A DNA stretch of 64,000 nt, taken from an uncultured delta proteobacterium (GTDB lineage: Bacteria > Myxococcota_A > Polyangia > Polyangiales > Houyiibacteriaceae). The stretch's first letter is position 1, and each line of letters begins with the position of its first letter. Below are positions 21,671 to 31,125 of this stretch, piece after piece. Position numbers and translations under genes: made by a program. The notes beneath the pieces were generated by a model. The model was not told the origin of the DNA. It saw nothing but the letters and a program-made list of their open reading frames with translations, and did no database searches. The stretch is taken from contig CAWJII010000012.1 of NCBI GenBank assembly GCA_963842915.1, forward strand, positions 53,320 through 117,319, given 5' to 3'.

Positions 21671-23788
21671 TTACTTCCTGAGGAGGAAGGCTTGGAAGGG
21701 ATAGCGGGTGAAGTCTTCTGGGACGAACTGCTTGGTCGCGTCTTCGATTCGGAAGCGATTGTAAATGGATTCGTCGAGCTCGAAGCCGCGGGCGTGAGTC
21801 GTGAAGAGCAGCTCGCCCTTCTGGTCGAGCGAGCTCATGGCACTCTCGATCAGGCTCCGGTGGTCTTTGTGGATGTTGAAGTCACCCTTGCTCATCTTGG
21901 AGCGTGAGAAGGTGGGTGGGTTGATGAAAATCCAGTCGTAGCTGTTCCGATCTCTCGCAATCCAGCGGGTGGCGTCGTCGCGGATGAAGCGATGCTTCGC
22001 GGGATCCAGGCCGTTGGCTTCGAAATTCTTCTTGCCCCAGTCCAGATAGGTGTTCGATAGATCGACGCTACTGGTCTGCTTGGCCCCGCCCACTGCGGCA
22101 GCGACGCTGACCGAGCAGGTGTACGCAAAGAGGTTGAGCATGCGCTTTGCCTTGCAGTGTTCGTGAGCGTAGGCGCGAACCGCGCGGTGATCCAGGAACA
22201 GGCCGGTGTCGATTCGATCTTCCACGTTGACCACGAAGCGAAGCTCCCCTTCGCTCACGACCATGTCGCTTTCCTGTTGGGAGATGCGGGCGTACTGGTC
22301 GCCCTGCTCGTGTTTGCGCCGGACTTTCACGACCAGGTCGCTGGGATCAATCCCAAGCGCTGCGGGAAGCGTCAGCAATACATCTTGAACCCGCTGCTTG
22401 GCGCGGTCGTCGTCCGCGTCTCGTTCTTTCTGGAAAATGTGCACCACGGCTTTCGGACCGTAACGGTCGACCGCCACGTGATACTCGGGGATGTCGGCAT
22501 CGTAGATCCGGTAGCATTCGATGCCGTTGCGCTTAGCCCAGCGCCCCCACTTCTTCTTGTTTTTCTTGATGCGATTGGCGAACATCGACGCCTTCTCGCT
22601 CGGCTTTCGCCAGGCTGGCGCCCGGTCTGGGTCGTCGCCGGTTACGCCGCGCACGGGGATCTCGACGAGACGGCATTCGATCGCACCGTTATACAGAACG
22701 TGTCGTCGAACCGGTCGCAGGCCGAGGTGCTTCAGATTACCTCCGTGCGCCGCGAACACGTAGGCCGTCCATCCGTCGAAGGCGCGCTTCAGCGTATCCC
22801 CGAGCGACTGGTAGAAGAGAAACACAGTGCCCTCGTCGCCCAGTCGATGGCCGTACGGCGGATTGGACACGAGGATTCCGACATCCGCCGGTTTCTCGAT
22901 CGTGGAAAGCTCTTGGACCGCGAGCGACACATGCTGATCGACACCAGCGGCCGCCAAGTTCTCCCGAACCAGCGACAGGGCTTTGTCCGAGGCATCACAT
23001 CCGTAGATCCGCGCCGGGCATTGAGCCCTCCGAGCCGTCAAGGCCGCCGCTCGCTCGGCTGCAAAAGCGGCGTCGTCGTGCCTGAGCCAGCTCTCGAAGC
23101 CGAAGCGCTCCCGCAAGAGCCCGGGCGCGCAATTGGTCGCCATCAGCGCGCCTTCGATCAAGAAGGTTCCTGAGCCGCAAGTGGGGTCCATCAGCGCCAG
23201 GCCTTGTCGTGCTGCCTGAGGCCAATTCGCGAGGTACAGGATCGCTGCGGCCAAGTTCTCTTTGAGAGGCGCCTTGCCACCCGATTGCCGATAGCCGCGC
23301 CGGTGCAGTCCTTCCCCCGAAAAGTCGAGAGACAGCTCGTGCTTTCCTTCGCCAATGTGGAGATGCAGACGGATCGCCGGATTTCTCTTGTCGATGCTGG
23401 GACGCGTACCGGTGTGATCACGAAAGCTGTCGACGATGGCGTCCTTCGCGCGCTGCACCCAGTAGTGTGCTGGCCGCGAGCTCTTGGACGACTGAGAGCT
23501 GCCGATCGCGAAGGTCTGCGACGCGTCAAAATGCTCCCACCAGGCAACTCGACGAAGCCCTTCGTAAAGAGCAGTGTCGTCCGCAGCTTCGACCTCGACG
23601 AGCGGCAGCAACACCCGAGACGCGACGCGAGACCAGAGGCACAACCGATAGCCATCCCGAAGAGTGCCCCGCGCATGCACGGCCGTCGGGCGCAGATCGG
23701 CGACCTCGATGTCCAGATCACGCAGTTCCTGTGCCAGGACGTCCTCGCAACCCTTCGGGCAAGGGAGAACCCACCGAAATCGTTGCAC
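21671..23788 (-). CDS. rlmKL: Bifunctional 23S rRNA m2G2445/m7G2069 methyltransferase
   Basis: THUMP region, LHRRGYR, APLKENLAAAIL, DPTCGSGT, NPPYGHRLG, YRIYDADIPEY, DTGLFLDHR, LNLFAYT, VDLSNTYLDW, PPTFS. GTG start at 23788 is inferred. Confidence 0.92.
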   Translation of the reverse strand: MQRFRWVLPCPKGCEDVLAQELRDLDIEVADLRPTAVHARGTLRDGYRLCLWSRVASRVLLPLVEVEAADDTALYEGLRRVAWWEHFDASQTFAIGSSQSSKSSRPAHYWVQRAKDAIVDSFRDHTGTRPSIDKRNPAIRLHLHIGEGKHELSLDFSGEGLHRRGYRQSGGKAPLKENLAAAILYLANWPQAARQGLALMDPTCGSGTFLIEGALMATNCAPGLLRERFGFESWLRHDDAAFAAERAAALTARRAQCPARIYGCDASDKALSLVRENLAAAGVDQHVSLAVQELSTIEKPADVGILVSNPPYGHRLGDEGTVFLFYQSLGDTLKRAFDGWTAYVFAAHGGNLKHLGLRPVRRHVLYNGAIECRLVEIPVRGVTGDDPDRAPAWRKPSEKASMFANRIKKNKKKWGRWAKRNGIECYRIYDADIPEYHVAVDRYGPKAVVHIFQKERDADDDRAKQRVQDVLLTLPAALGIDPSDLVVKVRRKHEQGDQYARISQQESDMVVSEGELRFVVNVEDRIDTGLFLDHRAVRAYAHEHCKAKRMLNLFAYTCSVSVAAAVGGAKQTSSVDLSNTYLDWGKKNFEANGLDPAKHRFIRDDATRWIARDRNSYDWIFINPPTFSRSKMSKGDFNIHKDHRSLIESAMSSLDQKGELLFTTHARGFELDESIYNRFRIEDATKQFVPEDFTRYPFQAFLLRK

Positions 23789-23807
23789 CGTGTCGATGTG
23801 CCCTCGC

Positions 23808-24386
23808 CTACTCCGCCAAGAGGAGCTCGGCCGCCTTGTCCATGTCCGAGAGGAGCTGAGATGCGTCGTGCAAGCCACCAGCCCAACCGACAAACGAAGC
23901 AAACCAGACGTTCTGTAGAATCGAGGCGATGGTGCGCTCGCGTTCGTCGACGTCCCCGCCCCACTCTCCCTGCTGAGAAGCAGCCTCGCCGCGAATCGCA
24001 GCCATGACCATCGCGGTAATTAGAGCGTGGAAGCTCGCGACTCGCTCGGTGATGTTCGGGTCTCCGGATGCCAGCGACCGAACCAGGGCTTTTGCGAGAT
24101 TCGGCCGGCGCAAAAGCCCCTTGGTCAGCGCCGAGAAGACGAAGCGCACACGTTCTCGAGGGCCATCACCGGGAACAGGTTTCTTTCCGATTTTGGACAC
24201 GAGCTTTTCGCTCTCTTGCTCGAGCGCTGCGATGAGGATTTCTTCTTTGCTGGCAAAGCGCTTGTAAACCGTCCCGAGCGCAACTTGCGCGCTGGCCGCG
24301 ACATCGCGGAGCCGTACAGCCTGGTACCCGTCACGCTCTGCGAGCTCTACGGCTGTTTCAACGATACGTTTGGCTCGATCATCCAT
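23808..24386 (-). CDS. kstR: TetR family regulator, KstR-like
   Basis: HTH RIVETAVELAERDGYQAVRLRDVAASAQVALGTVYKRFASK resembles mycobacterial KstR as I recall it; C-terminal NVWFASFVGW; lies inside the sterol operon. Confidence 0.75.
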   Translation of the reverse strand: MDDRAKRIVETAVELAERDGYQAVRLRDVAASAQVALGTVYKRFASKEEILIAALEQESEKLVSKIGKKPVPGDGPRERVRFVFSALTKGLLRRPNLAKALVRSLASGDPNITERVASFHALITAMVMAAIRGEAASQQGEWGGDVDERERTIASILQNVWFASFVGWAGGLHDASQLLSDMDKAAELLLAE

Positions 24387-24388
24387 GG

Positions 24389-25360
24389 CTAATATCCAAC
24401 CTCTGCCTGGGGCAGATAGAACTTCTGATACCAGCGGCGCAGGGCTCCTACATCGCCATCGCCATCGCAGAGAATCGGTCGCGTTCGGTACTTCTTGTTT
24501 TCCCAGATTGCGATGTCTTCCTTGAAACCAACGATGATGTTCTCGCGGTATCGCTCTTGGAACTGCTCCTTGCCCTCTTTGACGTTCGAGATGTCAATCA
24601 TCGCACCAATTCGAACGTGAACTCGGCTCTCGTCGACGGGCGTGTGACACAGGAGCATGATGTTGGGGAGCACGCTCTGCATTTTCGTGAGCATGTAGCC
24701 AGGGCCATAGTACGTGGATTGAAGCTCGAACTGGTCTTCGCCTCCGCCACGCGGATAGGCAACCCCTTTGACGTTCTGAATGCCGATGTGGTCCTTGAAC
24801 TCGTTGCCGAACTCGTTGGCCCAGGTGCCGTGCACTGGTCCGAAGTGGCCCTTGTCCGCCAGGTTCTCGACTATTTCTTTGGGATGAGTCTTGATGTCGA
24901 TGAGCGCCGAGCCCCAGTCGGTCCAGCCGTCGCTGCCGTATTCGGGGATCTCGGGAATCTCCCAGTTCGGCTCCTCGCCCTCGAGATGGGCGTTCCACAT
25001 GAAGATGAGGCCGTTGTGCTCCTGCACCGGGTTGTTCTTGACGCAGGCGCGCGGCGGAATCCGTTTGGCGTACGGGACGTCCACGCACTTGCCGGTTTCA
25101 TCGAAGCGCCAGGCGTGAAACGGACACTGGATCGTCTCGCCGACGACTTTGCCCCCGTGTCCGAGGTGGGCACCAAGATGCGGGCAAAAGGCGTCGTGCA
25201 CGATCGCGGCGCCGCTGTCGCCTCGGTACAGGACCATGTCCCGGCCGAAGTACTTGATCGGCCGGACTTCGCCGACCGATAGCTCGGCCGAGACACCGAT
25301 GACGAACCATCCCCGCGGATAGCCAGGAAAAAGTTCCTCTTCTTCTCGTGCTTCGGGCAT
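24389..25360 (-). CDS. Rieske 2Fe-2S steroid oxygenase (KshA / cholesterol 7-desaturase-like)
   Basis: YPRGWF, CPHLGAHL...CPFHAW Rieske motif, mononuclear iron motif ENLADKGHFGPVH, DIAIWENK, LCDGDG, LRRWYQKFY. Confidence 0.85.
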   Translation of the reverse strand: MPEAREEEELFPGYPRGWFVIGVSAELSVGEVRPIKYFGRDMVLYRGDSGAAIVHDAFCPHLGAHLGHGGKVVGETIQCPFHAWRFDETGKCVDVPYAKRIPPRACVKNNPVQEHNGLIFMWNAHLEGEEPNWEIPEIPEYGSDGWTDWGSALIDIKTHPKEIVENLADKGHFGPVHGTWANEFGNEFKDHIGIQNVKGVAYPRGGGEDQFELQSTYYGPGYMLTKMQSVLPNIMLLCHTPVDESRVHVRIGAMIDISNVKEGKEQFQERYRENIIVGFKEDIAIWENKKYRTRPILCDGDGDVGALRRWYQKFYLPQAEVGY

Positions 25361-25393
25361 GGTTCCTCTCGGCTCTGGACTCAGCAAGCGCGG

Positions 25394-26998
25394 CTAGGCG
25401 CTCGCCTGATTGCGGGCGATCTCCTCGGCCCAGGTGTAGTCTGGTTTTCCGCTCGGCATGCGAGAAACCGTCTCGGTGATGGTGATCTGTCGCGGGACCT
25501 TGTAGCCCGCGATGTGCTTGCGGCAGTGCTCTTGCACTTGCTCGAGAGAAAGCTGCTGATTGTCCCGCGTGTTGAATACCGCCGCGACCTTGGATCCGAA
25601 GCGAGAGTCCGGCACCGCGACGACGAGCGCGTCGATGACCTGCGGGTGCGCCTTGAGCGCTTCTTCCACCTCTTCGGGGAAGACCTTCTCACCACCGGTG
25701 TTGATGCACTTGCTGCCCCGGCCGAGGAACGTGATACGGCCGTCTTCTTCGATGGTGGCGAAGTCGCCGGGTACGACCCAGCGCTTGCCATTGAACTCCT
25801 TGAAGCGCTCGGCGGTCTTCTCGGGGTCCTTGTAGTAGCCGAGTGGTAGGCGGCCCGAGCGGGCGACCATTCCGATTTGTCCTGAGCCTGGCTCGATCTG
25901 GTCACCTTTCTCGTCTAGGACCGTGACCTCATCGCCCATGTAGAACGAGGGGCGGTTCTCGTGGCTGTCCTCGTCGCCTGCGGCGCGCCCAAGGTCACCC
26001 GATTCGCTCGTCCCGAAGCTGTTGATGATCATCACGTCGGGAAGCAGCGCTTCGATCTCCTCCTGAATGCTCGCCGAGAGGATGGCGCCTGCCGATGCGA
26101 TCACCGCCAGATTCGACATGTCGTACTCGCCCGCTCGGAGCTCCTCGACCAGAGGGATCGCCATCGCATCGCCGACCAGAGAGAGAGTCGACACGTCTTG
26201 TTCGGCAACGAGCGAGAGGATGCGCTTGGCGTCGAAGCTGGGGCCGTGCTGAAGCACCAGTTTCCCACCGGTCATGTGGCAGATCCATTGTGTCCATTGT
26301 GCAGCGCCGTGGATGAAGGGCGCACAGGGCAGCATGGTCACCGTGTACCAGCCCTCCTTGGCTTGCTCGACCAGCTGTTCCGGAGACTCGACCGGATCAC
26401 CCCCAGGCGATCCGCCCTGAAGCCCTGTGAAAAACAGGTCCTCGTGCCGCCACATGACGCCCTTGGGCATACCCGTCGTCCCGCCGGTGTAGATGATGTA
26501 GAGGTCTTTGCCCGATCGGGGACCGAAGCCACGCTCCTCGGAGCCCTGCGCCAAGGCGGTCTCGTACTCGATCGATTCCTGGTCGGCGACGCCGTCGGCA
26601 CCGTCTTCAATCACGATGAGCGACTTGAGCGGCTCGAGGCCTTCCATTGCCTCGTTGATCACCGGCAGGAAGCGACGCTGGGTGATCACCCCGACGAGGT
26701 CTGCGTTCTCGATCATGTATCGAACTTCGGGGGCCACGAACCTGTAGTTCATGTTGATTCCGACCGCGCGAATCTTGAAGAGCGCCAGAATCGCTTCGAC
26801 GAACTCGTGGCCGTTGAATAGATGAAGGCCGACGTGGTTGCCGGGGCCGATGCCGCGGGACGTGAAGTAGTGCGCCAAGCGATTGGCCCGCTTGTCGAGG
26901 TCTGCGTATGTGTGGTGAACGTCGCCCGAGGCCAAGGCGAGATTGTCGGGAACTGTGTCCGCGATGGCTTCGTAAAGATCTGCTAGATTGTATTCCAT
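25394..26998 (-). CDS. fadD19: Acyl-CoA synthetase, FadD19-like steroid side-chain CoA ligase
   Basis: MEYNLADLYE, IYTGGTTGMPKGVMWRHED, LGYYKDPEKT, PGDFA, GRGSKCINTGGEKVFPEEVE. Confidence 0.78.
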   Translation of the reverse strand: MEYNLADLYEAIADTVPDNLALASGDVHHTYADLDKRANRLAHYFTSRGIGPGNHVGLHLFNGHEFVEAILALFKIRAVGINMNYRFVAPEVRYMIENADLVGVITQRRFLPVINEAMEGLEPLKSLIVIEDGADGVADQESIEYETALAQGSEERGFGPRSGKDLYIIYTGGTTGMPKGVMWRHEDLFFTGLQGGSPGGDPVESPEQLVEQAKEGWYTVTMLPCAPFIHGAAQWTQWICHMTGGKLVLQHGPSFDAKRILSLVAEQDVSTLSLVGDAMAIPLVEELRAGEYDMSNLAVIASAGAILSASIQEEIEALLPDVMIINSFGTSESGDLGRAAGDEDSHENRPSFYMGDEVTVLDEKGDQIEPGSGQIGMVARSGRLPLGYYKDPEKTAERFKEFNGKRWVVPGDFATIEEDGRITFLGRGSKCINTGGEKVFPEEVEEALKAHPQVIDALVVAVPDSRFGSKVAAVFNTRDNQQLSLEQVQEHCRKHIAGYKVPRQITITETVSRMPSGKPDYTWAEEIARNQASA

Positions 26999-27010
26999 CA
27001 GTAACTCCCG

Positions 27011-28159
27011 CTATCGCTTCGAGCTCACGATCCACATCGCGAAGAACTGCGAGCCTCCTCCGTACGCGTGACCGAGGGCCACCTTGGCGCCGTCTACTTG
27101 GTGCCGCTCTGCCGTGCCGCGAACCTGGCGCGCGGCTTCTGCGAATCGGAGCATACCACTGGCTCCAATCGGATTGGTGCACATGACCCCGCCGGACATG
27201 TTCCAAGGCATTTCGCCGCCGATCTTCGTCTTGCCTTCCATCGTCATCTTCCAGCCTTCACCTTCTTCGGCGAAGCCCAGATTCTCGAGCCACATCGGCT
27301 CAAACCAGGAAAACGGAACATAGACCTCTGCGCAGTCGATCTCTTTGAGCGGATTGCGGATGCCAGCCTCGTCGTAGGCGTCCTTGGCGCAAAGCTTACC
27401 CGCCGCGGGGTTCACCTGATCACGCCCGGCAAAGAAGGTGCGTTCCGTTCGGACCGAGGTTCCCTTCACCCAGGCCGGGTTCTTCACGCGGCCTGCGTGC
27501 TTTTCGCTCACCAGCACCATGGCGACAGCACCGTCGGACGACGGACATGTCTCCGAATAACGAATCGGATCCCAGAGCATCGGCGAGGCCTTCACCTGTT
27601 CGAGCGTCTGGTCGAGGTGCAGGTGGGCGTTTGGGTTGAGCAAGCCGTTTTGGCGATCCTTGACGGCGACCATGCAACCAGTATCCGGATGCGCGTCGGC
27701 GCGGCGGATGTAGGAACGGATGAGGGGCGCAAAGTAGCCCCCCGCGCCTGCGACGAGTTGTGGCTGGAAGGGGATCGCCGGCGAGAGCGCCCACATCGCG
27801 TTGGCCTCGCTTTGCTTCTCGAACGCGAGAGTGAGCACCTTCTCGTGCACCCCGCCCTGAACGAGGTGTGAGGCCACCACGGCAGTCGAGCCGCCCACCG
27901 AACCGGCGGTGTGGACGCGGAAGATCGGCTTCCCGGCCGCGCCGAGCGCATCCGACAGCCAGAGCTCCGGCATCATGACGCCTTCGAACATGTCGGGCGC
28001 AGTGCCGATGACGATGGAATCGATGTCCTTCCATGTCATGTCCGCATCTTGCAAGGCGCGAAGCGCAGCGTCTCGAACTAGGCCGGGAATCGACAGGTCG
28101 CGCCGGCTCTCGCGGTGCTTGGTCTGACCGATCCCGATGACCGCACAATGCTCAGCCAT
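27011..28159 (-). CDS. ltp3: Thiolase-like aldolase Ltp3
   Basis: Own start MAEHCAVIGIGQT in TAATG overlap with the true ltp4 stop; APDMFEGVMMPE, RVHTAGSVGGST, ETCPSSDGA, GHAYGGGSQFF. Confidence 0.85.
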   Translation of the reverse strand: MAEHCAVIGIGQTKHRESRRDLSIPGLVRDAALRALQDADMTWKDIDSIVIGTAPDMFEGVMMPELWLSDALGAAGKPIFRVHTAGSVGGSTAVVASHLVQGGVHEKVLTLAFEKQSEANAMWALSPAIPFQPQLVAGAGGYFAPLIRSYIRRADAHPDTGCMVAVKDRQNGLLNPNAHLHLDQTLEQVKASPMLWDPIRYSETCPSSDGAVAMVLVSEKHAGRVKNPAWVKGTSVRTERTFFAGRDQVNPAAGKLCAKDAYDEAGIRNPLKEIDCAEVYVPFSWFEPMWLENLGFAEEGEGWKMTMEGKTKIGGEMPWNMSGGVMCTNPIGASGMLRFAEAARQVRGTAERHQVDGAKVALGHAYGGGSQFFAMWIVSSKR

Positions 28160-29215
28160 TACTCCCCCTCCAAGACGGCTACGAGGTTGTGTTGAAGGCA
28201 GACGCCGTTCGTGGTGTGGGCCAGGGCGCGACCGGCGTCTCCGGAAAGAATCCGGCTGGCGGCTTCGCCGAAGCGAATCAGGCCAGCGGTCATCAGCGAG
28301 TTGGCTGCCAACGCGCCGCCCGACGGGTTGACGTTCACGTCCTCCCCGAGCCCCATCGCCTCGCGCAAGATGATCTCCTGGTGGGCAAAGGGTGCGTGAA
28401 GCTCCGCGACGTCGATCCTTGCCCTTGCCGAGGCCCGCCTTTTCGGCGGCGAGAGTCGAAGACGGCGATGTCGTGAGGTCACGCTGGCCTAGCGCATGCG
28501 GCTCGGTCCGATGGTCGATGCCTCGAATCCAAGCCGGCCTCTGCACCAGCTCTCTGGCCCGGTCCCCTGCTGCGAGCACGATGGCTGCAGCCGAATCAGA
28601 GAGCGGCGGACAGAAACTCTTGCGCAGGGGGGAGCTCAGGTAGGGCTCTTCGAGCATCGCATCCACACTGAAGTCTCCCTTGATCTGAGCGTTTGGATTG
28701 TCGATCGCGTTCCTTCGATTGCGAACAACCACGTCTGCGAAGTCACGCTCAGTCGCCTTGCCAGCGTCGATCATCGCCTGCGCCTGAAGCGCTGCGGCGC
28801 TGATCGAATCGAGCCCCAGAGGCTGCACGTAGTACGGGTCGTTCTGCAGGTTGAGGATGTCTGGGACCGGCCCTAGCGAGCTCTTCCCGAACGAGAACAC
28901 CAGTGCGGTGTCGATGTCACCATGCAGAAGTCGAACCCAGGCCTCGAAAAGCGCAAAGGCGCCGTCCATCTCGACGTGTGACTCGCGAATCGGAGGAAAA
29001 GCCTTGAGGCCGTCGACCGCCGCAACGAACGAGAACGGACGCCCCGGCAGATAGTCGGTGCTGCCCGAACAGGTGAAACCAATGTCGTCTTGGGTGAGCC
29101 CGACCTGCTTCATCGCATCCGAGGTGACCGGCTGAACGAGCTCCGCTTCATCCGCAGCGTCGATGGATTTCACAGAGGGAAGCTGTGAGAAGGACACAAT
29201 GGCGACGTCGCGCAT
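28159..29215 (-). pseudogene. ltp4: Thiolase-like aldolase Ltp4 with a +1 frameshift (real mutation or sequencing error)
   Basis: MRDVAIVSFSQ...FTCSGSTDY...PPIRESHVEMDGAFAL up to AGLGKGK; the expected C-terminus IDVAELHAPFAHQE...NPSGGAL...CLQHNLVAVLEGE* is in another frame. Extra G in AAG-G-ATC at 28417-28418. Confidence 0.8.
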
Positions 29216-30123
29216 CAGAGGTGCTCCTTGTAGCTATCGAACGGAGCGTCCGGCTCGCCGGTGGGCTCGAAGTAGAGAATATTCTCGAGCGAGGTTTCCC
29301 ATTCATCGCGGGGCTTCCAGTTCGCCTTCACGCGCATGCCCATCCGTATCTCGTCGTGCGGAACGCCAGAGATGAGGTGATAGATGGGAGTGTCTGCACC
29401 ATCGAGGACGATCGCGCCGAAGCAATACGGCGGCTCGAGCTTCTGGCCTTCGAACGGAATCCGAATGATCGTGAAGGTGGTGAGCACACCGACGTCGGGC
29501 ACTTCGACGTATTCGCTCGTCGGGTTCCCCGTCATCGGGTCGGCTCCGCGCGGTGGCACGTACACCTTGCCTGCCTCGGGATCACGTCCGCCGATGAACT
29601 TACCCTCCTGCAAACCGCGTAGATACGCGCTGTAGTGCTTGCCGGGATTCACGTCGTACTCGAGGTGAACCGGACCAGGCAGGAACGGAGCCATGGGCTC
29701 GAAACAGGCGATGTCGCGAATTGTGCCCTTCTTCTCGTCGGCCCAACGCAGGCGCACCCGCATCCCCGTCTTCATCCGCTTGGCCTTCCCTGCGTCGACG
29801 GCATGGACCATGGCGTTGTCGCTGCCGTCGATTTGGATGAGGGCCCACGCGAAAGGGCGATCGAACGGATGCCCCTTGCGAGGCTCCTGCACCCAGGACC
29901 AAGACTTCACCGTTCCGGACGGTCGCAACTGGACGAACTCGTCCGTCGTGGGTTCACCCTCCTCGTCGTATTCGAGAGGCGGGCAGAGCACACGACCATC
30001 GGCCGTCTTGACGCCTTCGAGCACTTCGTATCGAAGGCTCTCCAAGAAGCGGCCGACTACCGGACCGGTGCTTCGGGTGTACGTGTATTCGAGGACGTAA
30101 GGAGCCGAAAGAATCTCGCTCAT
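29215..30123 (-). CDS. Tandem DUF35/OB-fold protein (Rv3521-like partner of Ltp3/Ltp4)
   Basis: Two DUF35_C/OB repeats (YTRSTGPVVGRFL...PFAWALIQIDG...MKTGMRV and KVYVPPRG...IRMGMRVKANW). Confidence 0.82.
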   Translation of the reverse strand: MSEILSAPYVLEYTYTRSTGPVVGRFLESLRYEVLEGVKTADGRVLCPPLEYDEEGEPTTDEFVQLRPSGTVKSWSWVQEPRKGHPFDRPFAWALIQIDGSDNAMVHAVDAGKAKRMKTGMRVRLRWADEKKGTIRDIACFEPMAPFLPGPVHLEYDVNPGKHYSAYLRGLQEGKFIGGRDPEAGKVYVPPRGADPMTGNPTSEYVEVPDVGVLTTFTIIRIPFEGQKLEPPYCFGAIVLDGADTPIYHLISGVPHDEIRMGMRVKANWKPRDEWETSLENILYFEPTGEPDAPFDSYKEHL

Positions 30124-30150
30124 GGCTGTGTTCCCGTTCGAAGTGGCTGC

Positions 30151-30486
30151 TCAGCCCTGGGGGAAGAACTTCTGCATCTTCTGGGCGAGGGCGATGTTGC
30201 CCTTCACCTTGAGCTTGCGTGTCAGGAAAGCCTTGCGGCCGTCGAGGTCGCCGTTCGCCATCTCGACGAACTTGGCTGCGTCCATCATCACGTTGAGGGT
30301 TGGCTTCTCGACGCCGCCGGTCTCCACGCCCTTGAACTCTCCGTCCGCGATCGTGATGGTCCACTCTCCGCCGCCGTCACCGCTCAGGCTGTACTGGATT
30401 GTGGCGTTCACGCCCTTGGCCTGCTCGGCCAGGAAACGATCGGCAAGGGTGTCGAAGTACTCTGCTGTGTTGGCTACTTTGGCCAT
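30151..30486 (-). CDS. SCP2 sterol-binding domain protein
   Basis: IQYSLSGDGGGEW, LDGRKAFLTRKLKVKGNIALAQKM; GGAGG SD before ATG 30486. Confidence 0.9.
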   Translation of the reverse strand: MAKVANTAEYFDTLADRFLAEQAKGVNATIQYSLSGDGGGEWTITIADGEFKGVETGGVEKPTLNVMMDAAKFVEMANGDLDGRKAFLTRKLKVKGNIALAQKMQKFFPQG

Positions 30487-30529
30487 GTCCACCTCCCCGG
30501 TTCCGGGTAGAAAAAGGGTCAACTAGAAG

Positions 30530-30543
30530 TGAAACATGTTCTA
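30530..30543. promoter_or_regulatory. KstR-type operator upstream of the SCP2...kstR operon
   Basis: TGAAACATGTTCTA; overlaps the -10 of a minus-strand TTGACG (30566-30561)-N17-TAGAAC. Confidence 0.8.
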
Positions 30544-30616
30544 TTTTGCTAGAGGCTCCACGTCAAGCCGCCTCGTTGGCAGAGGCCAAGAAAGGCTCGG
30601 AACTGCTGCGCGCCTG

Positions 30617-30985
30617 CTACTGCTGATTCGCAGGGGGCACGATCGAACCGACCACGTGGAGGCCGGCTACGCATTCCTCACCGACGCGACGAGCCCAAAT
30701 GACCCGTGCGCGCTTGAAGATGACACGGCCGGTGTGGGTCGTGATCCGCAGATCGCACAGGGCACCGGTCGACAGCCACTGGTCTAGGGCTACCTGGATA
30801 CCCATGGCGCTCACATCCAACGCCGTCGCGTGAGTTTGGATCGGCGCGAGGATTTGAATCTTTGCGTCGGAAGCCCAGCGTGCTCCTTGACGCCGTTCGT
30901 CGGGCTGCACTGCAGGTCGAACCTCGGAGTGCTTGCGCCTGGGACGCGGTGGGTTCGAACCTTGTCTTGGGAGCTTGGAGCTCAT
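30617..30985 (-). CDS. PilZ domain protein
   Basis: ERRQGAR (RxxxR) and DVSAMG (DxSxxG) c-di-GMP motifs; ARVIW. Confidence 0.75.
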   Translation of the reverse strand: MSSKLPRQGSNPPRPRRKHSEVRPAVQPDERRQGARWASDAKIQILAPIQTHATALDVSAMGIQVALDQWLSTGALCDLRITTHTGRVIFKRARVIWARRVGEECVAGLHVVGSIVPPANQQ

Positions 30986-31125
30986 GGGTAGCCTGAACTT
31001 AGATCATGCCGAGCGACCCGGTGAATGTCGACTAAGTCACCAAGTCCTGTGCGATATGTCACATGCCATACAGGAGCTGACGCACAGAGCGCGTTTTTCG
31101 TCCGTAACTGAGGACTCAGCCCAGG

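Noticed and set aside
27011-29215. 734-aa natural double-thiolase fusion
   Set aside because: The linker is off-frame sequence, the true Ltp4 C-terminus is intact in another frame, and ltp3 has its own SD and start.
31108-31119. CTGAG-GA-CTCAG inverted repeat between fadA6 and the PilZ gene
   Set aside because: Only a 5-bp stem with no U-tract; too weak to call a terminator or operator.
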